This document shows, piece after piece, positions 62,186 through 64,000 of a stretch of 64,000 nucleotides of DNA. This stretch comes from Basidiobolus meristosporus CBS 931.73 (lineage: Eukaryota; Fungi; Basidiobolomycota). The notes beneath the pieces are model-generated. The model ran no database searches, was not told the DNA's origin, and saw nothing but the letters and a program-made list of their open reading frames with translations. The stretch covers positions 1-64,000 of the forward strand of contig MCFE01000257.1 in NCBI GenBank assembly GCA_002104905.1. The letters run 5' to 3'. The translations under genes and the position numbers were made by a program. How positions within the stretch are numbered: the first letter of the stretch is position 1; the number at the start of each line of letters is the position of its first letter.

Positions 62186-63340
62186 ATGACCCAAGGCTCA
62201 ATTCAAAGCTCTCTGCCTTCTCAAACACAGCCCCCCTCAAACGTTTCCCCCTGCTCCCCCACTTTCATCCTCGAGGAGCCCGGGAAACTCGCTACTTCTG
62301 TGTCACCGCAGCCTAGAAAGTGTCAGTTTCAACTGTCCGACTTCGTCATCTTGAGAACGATAGGAACGGGCTCCTTTGGTCGCGTGCATCTTGTACAGCT
62401 CCGGTCCAACGGCCAATTCTACGCCCTGAAAGTATTGAAGAAGACAGAAATCGTGCGACTAAAACAGGTAGAGCATGTGAACAGTGAGCGCGCCATCTTA
62501 GCGATGTGCGAGTGCGATTTCCTTGTCAACACAATCGGGAGTTTTCAGAACAACACCAATCTTTATTTGATAATGGAGTATGTACCGGGAGGAGAGCTCT
62601 TTAGCTATCTCAGGAGATTCCAGGTACCCGGTGACTTGAGGCCGTCTATTTTCTTTCTTGCACCTGAGTAATCCCGTACTTCTCTCTAGCGGTTCCCTGG
62701 ATATGTAGCTAGATTTTATGCCGCAGAGGTGGTGTTGGCTTTCGAGTACCTCCACAAGAAAAGCGTCGTATATCGGGATCTCAAGCCAGAGAACATCCTT
62801 CTAAATAGCAAAGGCCACATCAAAATCACGGATTTTGGGTTCGCCAAGTATGTCCCCGACATCACCTGGACCTTGTGTGGTACGCCGGATTATCTTGCTC
62901 CGGAGATTATTCAATCCAAGGGCTACGGCAAGGCGGTGGACTGGTATTCACTCGGGATCCTGATATTCGAGATGCTTGCTGGCTATCCGCCTTTTTATGA
63001 TGACGATCATTTCAAATTGTACGAAAAAATCCTTGCCGGGAAAATCAGATGGCCACCCCATCTTGAGCCCGAGGCCAAAGATTTGGTCAAAAAGCTGACA
63101 AACGCCGACCTTAGCAAGCGCTACGGCAACCTCAGAGACGGTGTGGATGACATCAAATCCCACCCGTGGTTTGCAGGGATTGACTGGGGCCAACTGGAGC
63201 GCCGTGAGGTTCAGCCACCCATTGTTCCGATCGTCACTAGTGACTGGGACACTAGCAACTATGACCTGTATCAGGAAACCAATGATATTGGCAATCTGTC
63301 CGAAGATGATCCATTTGGTGAACGATTCCCTGACTTCTAA
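62186..63340 (+). CDS. pkaC: cAMP-dependent protein kinase catalytic subunit, 362 aa; exons 62186-62623 and 62690-63340
   Basis: GTGSFGRV, YALK, LKQVEHVNSE, YRDLKPEN, DFG, TWTLCGTPDYLAPE, GYGKAVDW, C-terminal FPDF; 66-bp GT-AG intron restores the frame. Confidence 0.96.
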
Positions 63341-64000
63341 ACATATGTACATGTCGGTAATGATCATCCAATTTATATTTTTTGGTACGAGCGCGTTGGC
63401 AGTAGCATCCTTCACGCTTGGCCCCTGTACTCCATCTGTCTTGTTACGATTTCTTCTGTCAAAGTCGATATCTTCCCAGCATAATGTAATAATGTTTCCA
63501 TATTCTCAGACTTGATGTCCAGGGAAAGCGGGACGACTCTGCACCCAATTTGATTTCACATTTCGCATGGAAGCAACTTTCCGACATGCACCATCAGACT
63601 CCTGTTGATTGTTTTCCATTGATAAAGGACATTTTCTACGACCTGAACCAAGTTACACCCACATGGATCCGGATTATCTTGTGAAGTCTTTGTCTGACAT
63701 CCAGAGCACTTGATGTTCTACACATCCGCAATCGATTCCAGCCACCAGAAGCTCCAAGAATGGAGCAGTGCGTCAATCCTGTTGTAAAAAGCATTAGAAG
63801 GCCATATTTGGCTTCCCTGATTGGTAGCATGTATTACTTGACCCCCCTCTCCCAGGCTTTGTGAAAAGCCTGTGGATAGTGGCCATTGTATGCGGAGATC
63901 TGGGCATTGGGACAGATAGTGGGCAGGGATAGACTCCCCATTCTGATTTTGGGTTTCTAGATTTACAGTGTTCTTGCAAAGCACCATGTAGCAGATGGGC

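Noticed and set aside
62948-64000. Possible convergent minus-strand gene next to or overlapping PKA
   Set aside because: Only short open frames, no recognisable domain and no convincing splice model within the window.

Overview
Eukaryotic, almost certainly fungal, genomic DNA in two sharply different compartments. (1) About 1-55.6 kb is a CpG-depleted graveyard of nested transposons with no intact host gene. It holds one Ty1/Copia family (349-bp LTR, about 14 LTR copies, one full-length copy at 44110-48794 with a TTACA target duplication, half-tRNA-iMet primer site) and a young Ty3/Gypsy element (30739-39276, 1.2-kb LTRs) interrupted by a solo LTR of a second family. It also holds two decayed copies of a third Gypsy family, three decayed EnSpm/CACTA-like transposase copies, an unclassified ORF-bearing repeat (family X) and a 734-bp fold-back element (346-bp arms, 42-bp loop, ATT target duplication). 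(2) About 55.6-64 kb is a CpG-normal gene island: a CsbD-like stress protein, a small secreted Gly/Ser/His/Tyr-rich protein, two divergently transcribed GPI-type Cu-only (SOD5-like) superoxide dismutases sharing a 202-bp identical tract, and a PKA catalytic subunit. The most notable observations are the fold-back element, a candidate miniature LTR element with only 42 bp between its LTRs, and apparent gene conversion between the inverted SOD paralogs. All identities and counts were made by eye; no database search was run and the species cannot be named from the sequence.
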